Positions 58,001-64,000 of a stretch of 64,000 nucleotides of DNA are shown here, piece after piece. The notes under the pieces were generated by a model. It was not told the origin of the DNA and did no database searches. It worked only from the letters and a program-made list of their open reading frames with translations. The DNA lies in contig NMRA01000209.1 in assembly GCA_002633005.1 (NCBI GenBank), forward strand, positions 124,001 to 188,000, written 5' to 3'. Source of the DNA: Phoronis australis (lineage: Eukaryota; Animalia; Phoronida). Made by a program: the position numbers and the translations under genes. Each line of letters starts with the position of its first letter. Position 1 is the first letter of the stretch.

Positions 58001-61000
58001 GGCTTTTTCTAGAAAGCTACAGGTGGTTTCCAAACACGGGAAATGCAAGTTAAAAACTAACTTAACACTGAATTATGCGAAATGGGGGTGCCAGACCTTC
58101 AGATCAAAGAACCACCATTCATGCAGGGTAACATGATGGTTTTTGAAAGTTTCCGTGAGAAAATTGCATTCTAGAGGTTCGCTCCACAGTTGCTGTAACA
58201 TGTAGTACCTGAAAAATGAATTATCCCACAAGCGTAATAAATTATTTAACGATTATCAACTGGAATGGGAAAATATTTGGCGCCATCTTGTTTGAAAATC
58301 CGTTGAACCCATTACAGTATTTATGGAACTGAAATGCGTTACGGTAACCGTTGGTCTGAGAAAAACGCCTTACTGAACAAGCACTTTCAAAAGCCTCAGG
58401 TCGGATTTATTCAGCGATTGCTTAAAGGTGTTTAAAAGAATCACGTCGTTGCGTGGATCAGCTTACCTAGGGTGCGAGAACAGGTTGCATGTTGCCCAAA
58501 GCAATTTCACACCTGTTTTCTTCTGTAACTCCTGAGCTAATTCTACGAGCTCATCAAGATTGCGGTTAGTTTCCGTCAAACTCTTTCCTTCAGGCGCGAT
58601 ATCTCTGGAAATTTCAGCACGTAATATGTGACCCACCACCACAAAATGAGTCTTAAGTCGGGATTTGTCATTTTTTCATTGTTATTTTTTTCCGAAAACG
58701 CAGTGTTTTCTGATCATTTTGAGGTATGAAACATGTCCTTATCTTCACAAATGACCGAGTTATTGCCAATTCTATTCGGGGAAAGCGAAAATTTAGAGCT
58801 TTCAAAAGTCAAGGAAAATGGCCGACGAAAAGTGCCGACAGTGCCTTTAAAATTTCCATAGCAATCTGCAGTTGAATGCTACATTTCAGACTTATTAGTA
58901 TGCACAACAACATAAACAAATAAAAGTAATAAAAATTAGAAAAAATATAGACCTTATCATGTAATCTCAGCCAAAAATGAGTGATATTCATGTTGGGTTG
59001 CTGCAACTGGGTCAATAAATTTCCCAGCTAATGTGTACAGGGTCAGTCCACTTGTGACAGGAGGGGTTACCGCAAGTAAAACAAGTAGTTAAAGTGTATT
59101 TTGGAGAAATTTAATAAAATGAAGTCCTGTAGATTACAAAATACACGTTCGTGGCTGATTTTTGTTCGAAATAATTCAAAATTTTACGCTAGTGTGAATA
59201 ATTTTGAAAAAATGACAATCACTCATCCCTATCCAAGTCCACTGACACTGACTGAAGAGCAACGATTTCCTCGACTTCTCACCGAGTGATTCAGCCCTAT
59301 CGAAGATTGTTCTCTCTTGCAGTAATATTCAGCTGCTTGCACCCCGATCCACTGGCTTTGCAGATACAAGACATTGTTGTGCGATTAAGCTAATCCGGAC
59401 TGTTTTCTTCAAGTTCTGTTTGTTCCAATCCAACGACTTGGAATCCAACGCAACCGTATTCGCGATGGGTCGATCATGAAACTCATCTGGCGACGAGTTG
59501 CTGCCGTCAGACGACTCGTCGCTGTCACGAAATTCCTCCTTGTCTCAATCAACAAATGTGCTCTGTTGAGTTCAGTTAATTCTCGCTGATCTTGATACGG
59601 CAGTCAGAGGCAAGAGTTAATCATTGAGATATCAGCTACACGGCGACCAGCCATCTTACTGTCTTGAAAACATGCCGTGACCTAGCTCGCGACCTCACGG
59701 TTTCACGCCCACTTAACTAGTTCTAGCGAATGAGGTCAGCGATGCATTGGGTTAAAAGGTCGTTGCTAGCTAAAAGACTGGTGAGTGACACTTCTGTTGA
59801 AAATACCCCGAATGCAAAAAGTGAAATAACGACTTATGATTGGACGAAAAACTCAAAGAGATTACTACATGCATAATGAGCAGAGTTTGACCTTTCTGTT
59901 GATGTGTTTACGAGCGAAATTGGGTCATCGGAAGACTGATCAATGAGGACACGAAAACCGGCAAATTTCGATGAAAATTTCACGAGATATGCAGTCGTGG
60001 AGAAGGTGATGTTTTTCAAAATGAAATAAATAAGGTTTAAAATGAAGTTTGATTGTTTTAAAGTATTGTTTTGTGGAGTAGAATGAATAAATAATCATAA
60101 TCTGCAATAAAAAAAATTTGACCTAATTTTAACCGATAGCGACTGTTTGCAGTCTTGTCAGGAAATTGAGATTCCGACCTTTAAGACTCATTTTGTCGTG
60201 GTGGGTCACATATTTTGTCTTGCACTTGGCAGTGAGTCCCCTTAAATTGGCTCAGTCAGATGTTTAACTTATTCATGATCTTATATACGCGGATTTAGGG
60301 GGTTACAGGAAACTGTGACACCATATATAGATTCGCCAGTGTTATAGCTGCTCAGTAAGTTTAACGGAAATGCCTCAGCAACTGAAAACGGCAACTTACA
60401 CAAGGAGTCGACTGCCGTATCCCTTTTATAAAATGGCCATGGAATACAGGAAATTCTCGCGTAGATACTTCTTAAGCACACCACATACCAAATTGTAAGA
60501 TCTAGAATATCATGTAGGCCTAAAACAGAGCATTTTGTTAAGTTATCTACATGTACCTGTCATGAAACGTCCAATACTTTACACCGAGTTTGGTAAAGAA
60601 CTCGAACGCCACCTTCAGTCTTCTCTTGGCATTATCCAAGGAATCAGTCCCGTCATCCCAGGGTCTATCAAAAGTTGGGAAGCCAAAAGGGTCAGCCCCT
60701 GCAAAGATTGTGACGTACACGTACCACGGGTCAAAAACGCCCATGATCACGATAGCCACATTTATTTCTCACAACAAGAAACATTTTACTCAAAATCTGC
60801 TATAATATCACGCCTACATGTAGACCTACACAAAGGTGAGATTTTACCGATCAAATGTTCGCCAACAGAATTTTTGTTGTCGAAAATCTCCAACAAGTTT
60901 AAGAAATAATTTTCATTTTTATTAATTTACAGCCACTCACTTACACGAGACTACTGGTTTTCGTTTCCGGCTCTCTTTATAGTCACTCTTTAGATCAATG

Positions 61001-62275
61001 TTCAAGACGATTGGATGAGTTTGAAGCGATCAGACTACATCAAACATGTATTGTTGTTACCAGTGTAAACATTGAAATTTTTAATTACCTGTCCCTCTAA
61101 ATGTATGCCAATAACAAACGGAAAACCTTAACCATTCTTCCATACTGCGGCCATAAACAACCTGGAAAAAAGCAGACCCAGTAAATTTGCATTGCAGACG
61201 CAGTGGACACTCTCCGGCATGGTGAAGTTTCCGGCAACAGTCTAGCCAGTAGGCAGTGAACGTTGCAAAGGATACTCGGCAACCTAAACTATAAAAAATG
61301 AGTGAGTGGGTAACAAACTGTGATTCGTCGCTTAGGTACAAAAGTTCATGTACCGTAAAACCTCGTGTACATGCTCATGTACTTACATTTGGGATCGTTA
61401 CATGTTCCCACAAAATTTCACCTACGCGACCACGACCTAACTTTACAACACGCCATGTATGGTTTTTTTGTTTCTATTATTCATTGAGTAATTTCACGGA
61501 ATGCTTTCAGCCAACCAACGTTATCTTCGACTGTACTTGTCATTGGCCTGTGGCTGATCGGCAGTACATGAACCTGACAAATAAAGACTAGCGTTACATC
61601 CAATGAAGCAGAAATAGGACTTACATGTAAAAAGCCTTACCTTTTAATGTTAGGCTACCAGAAAATGAATTATTTCATACAGTCATCCGGGTGGCCCACA
61701 AAACGTTACACGGCATACATGTATACATACACGGTGTCCCAAAAATGAACACAGGCTTCATTTTGAACAACGCCGCGAGTTCAAATTCGGCTCCAATGGG
61801 ACAGAAGTTGTGCCCGGGTCTACTGACGGTGTGAAAGTCAGGCAAATGAGACGTCGCGCATTCTGTATGCACGGGAATAGCAGACAGATTGACTAACTGA
61901 GTTTTGGAGAATTATCGCGCAAGGAACCTCAAAAACGCCAAGGAGGTGCAAAGTCGATTTTGCATTGTGTTTAAAGCAGTAAATCTTTCAAAAGTCAATG
62001 GCCAACGCAGTTTTTGTAACTTGAAGTGCGAGTACGTTTTTGGGACACCATGTAAATTTCATCGTAAACATCCATTGTTGCTTTGCAACTATCTACGGTA
62101 CTGAATTATTGCACGTGCAGAGCACGTGAAAGTGGGGCCTCAAGGGCATGACTCCATAGACATCATAGTATTAGATGTCTATGTACGATTCATTTTACCT
62201 CATTTGCGTTGTAGTGCTTGAATACCAAGGTTTCAGTCGGCCCAGCTTCCGGCTTGTACGGTACTCGTCCAATCC
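50918..62275 (-). CDS. xylA: Xylose isomerase (class II), 14 exons resolved (~431 codons), short N-terminal exon unresolved
   Basis: Phase-consistent exons: 62275-62199 (FKHYNANE), 61161-61089 ([12 protein letters not shown]), 60698-60557 (GADPFG, TFHDR), 58604-58467 ([19 protein letters not shown]), 57886-57777, 57128-57033 (VFWGGREGY), 56127-56044 ([15 protein letters not shown]), 55186-55131, 54602-54532 ([12 protein letters not shown]), 53743-53638 (GWDTDQFP), 53129-53027 ([13 protein letters not shown]), 52773-52694, 51881-51807, 51001-50918 ([11 protein letters not shown]). Confidence 0.96.
51638..51685 (-). mobile_element. tRNA-derived SINE fragment
   Basis: The minus strand reads GTGGTAAAAGTTTGCGCTTCACAAGCGAGAAACGGGTTCGATCTC (A/B-box remnants, anticodon-like hairpin); no acceptor stem. 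Confidence 0.4.
52052..52082. repeat. (AAT)n microsatellite
   Basis: Direct observation. Confidence 0.95.
58623..60214. mobile_element. 1.6-kb non-autonomous DNA element with ~35-bp TIRs (AATATGTGACCCACCAC...)
   Basis: AATATGTGACCCACCACCACAAAATGAGTCTTAA vs TTAAGACTCATTTTGTCGTGGTGGGTCACATATT; lies in the xylA intron between exons 60557 and 58604. Confidence 0.8.
61730..62052. mobile_element. Tc1/mariner-type MITE, TA TSD
   Basis: TA|CACGGTGTCCCAAAAA ... TTTTTGGGACACCATG|TA. Confidence 0.8.
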
Positions 62276-62775
62276 CTGACGGAAGCCAAGAAAACGGTCC
62301 AGTTATCAGAGCAAAAGAAGACACATAATTTAAAGGTAGCTTTGAAATTTCTGATTTTTTTGTTGCTGGGTATTGCCTCGTTGAAGACGTTGTCGCAGAA
62401 TTAGCTAAAAATACAACACTCACGACAGAATCACCATCTCCTATTGACAGGCTGCAATGGCGAATCCAGTCGCAGATGAATTGTGTAAAATTAAGAACGT
62501 AAACTTGCTGTTTCAAAAAATCTCAAACGGCATTTATAGTATGGCAATTTGGTTTTGAATGATAATTTTGTGTGACCATAGACTACACTCAGGGACCAGA
62601 AGAAGTACGCGCAGTGGATTTTGGGAAATTACCATATTCGCTCCAGGCGAAGCAAAAACACTGGCAAGAAGCCTAGAAAAAAAGATGCCAGCTCGCAGTT
62701 GTTGTAGGCCCACTACACTCGTTCACACTGCACACATTTAAATCTTGTTTCCGCCGTATAATGTTAATTACCGGG

Positions 62776-62874
62776 GTTAATTAATAAACTCAACATTTCC
62801 CTACGCTCTTGCTGTTTTATTTTTTGCGGCAGCCAAGAGGGGGGGGGGCCTGCCCCCTCTAAATCTGCCTATGA
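62776..62874. repeat. Dispersed repeat end shared with ~10549-10646 (hAT-like ...CTAAATCTGCCTATG terminus)
   Basis: GTTAATTAATAAACTCAACATTTCCCTA..CTCTT.CTGTTTTATTTTTTGCGG...CTAAATCTGCCTATGA occurs at both loci. Confidence 0.75.
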
Positions 62875-63115
62875 TTTTACTTGGATAGTTGTAACTTATA
62901 AAACGGGCAGTGATCGAAGTAAACAAAATCAAGGCAACTCCGATCCAGTGGCTTAAGCCCAAAAACGTTCAATGCATAGAAAGCGTGTGCAAGTGGTAGC
63001 AATGTGATCGACCAAGCATGCGCATTGATGCCCACACACGGAATTCCGTGTGTCGTTCATCATGTTTCCACAAGGCCACTTTTCAGTATAGGTGGGGCTG
63101 TGTTAGAGGGTACTG

Positions 63116-63184
63116 CTCGTTGGTTCCCTACGTGCCTTGCCAGCATGCTGGTTAAAACCTAGCGGCACGCAGGGAACCAACGAG
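63116..63184. repeat. Hairpin with 21-bp stem
   Basis: CTCGTTGGTTCCCTACGTGCC ... GGCACGCAGGGAACCAACGAG (1 mismatch). Confidence 0.8.
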
Positions 63185-64000
63185 AGGGTGTTGTACTAGT
63201 TGCATCATCAGTTTACGCCTGGTGTCGACTTCTTTGGGCGTGTTTTTAAACGATTAAAAGCACGTTTTATGAGAAGCATTTTAGTAAAACGAACGTGTAT
63301 ACGAAATTCACTAGATGTCGCCAGTGAAGCAAGGGACCTTCACGAAAAAATGTCAGCGTTCAGCCAATCTCGGACTTGGGCCCCATGCTGACGAACTACA
63401 TTCTGACTGAGAAGCCGATGGTTGAGTTACGTGTACTGTATGAGTGATTATCCGTTTTTAAACGTATCGCAGCAACTGAGATGATTTCAAAATAAGTGAA
63501 TAACTCTGAAAAGTATTAGGCCTACGCCAAGCGTAATTAAAGCGCTCGAGACGAGCATTGACCATGAACAAATTCAGAGACGTGACGCATGTATTGTTAG
63601 AAAGTCAACTTTATCATAGACCTAAGGGTATACCATAGCGTTGACTTATAAAATGTTGGTTAGATACGTGTTTTTGACTTTTAAGATATTAACCTCTAGG
63701 TATTCCATGTATATTGAATGTGCATGTCATCAATGGGCCTGTGACCAAATGATGCAGGAACTGTGAAATCTGCAAAACGACTTGAACATTCCACGGCACA
63801 CCTTACCATTGAGGCACTTATGCTGTTATAAAGACACAGTTAATTTCACAGCAGAAAAACACTCCGTGGCTCCTTTTTGAGTAGGCTTGACAGTTTGAAG
63901 TTGGACCGGAGTAATAAAGCAACAAAATCTGTAGTGTTTTTTCTTTGCGATTTAATAACGAAATTGGCGATTCCTAGCAAAGGCTGCCAGTCAAACCGAT

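Overview
Intron-rich eukaryotic genomic DNA, probably from an invertebrate animal. It is AT-rich, has GT-AG spliceosomal introns and contains N-gaps at 17005-17636, 24279-24932 and 40195-40203. Three protein-coding genes can be rebuilt exon by exon with consistent splice phases. (1) Squalene epoxidase/monooxygenase on the minus strand, ATG at 8903, 3' end running off the left edge. (2) Uridine-cytidine kinase-like 1 (UCK + UPRT-like domains) on the plus strand, 12 coding exons at 30619-47450, first exon uncertain. (3) A class II xylose isomerase on the minus strand, 14 exons at 50918-62275, N-terminal exon unresolved. The rest is dense with DNA-transposon derivatives: a young Kolobok-like element (TTAA TSD, ~160-bp TIRs, THAP ORF), hAT-like non-autonomous families with 5-, 6- and probably 7-bp TSDs, a ~3.9-kb foldback with >1-kb arms, a decayed spliced THAP gene, MITEs and SINE fragments. 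The most unusual structure is a Helentron/HINE-like element in a SQLE intron. It carries a ~147-bp-period trimeric higher-order array in which nearly every monomer has a CTCF-consensus motif. I found no evidence for a prokaryote-type system such as CRISPR or an operon. Most short ORFs in the supplied track are spurious.
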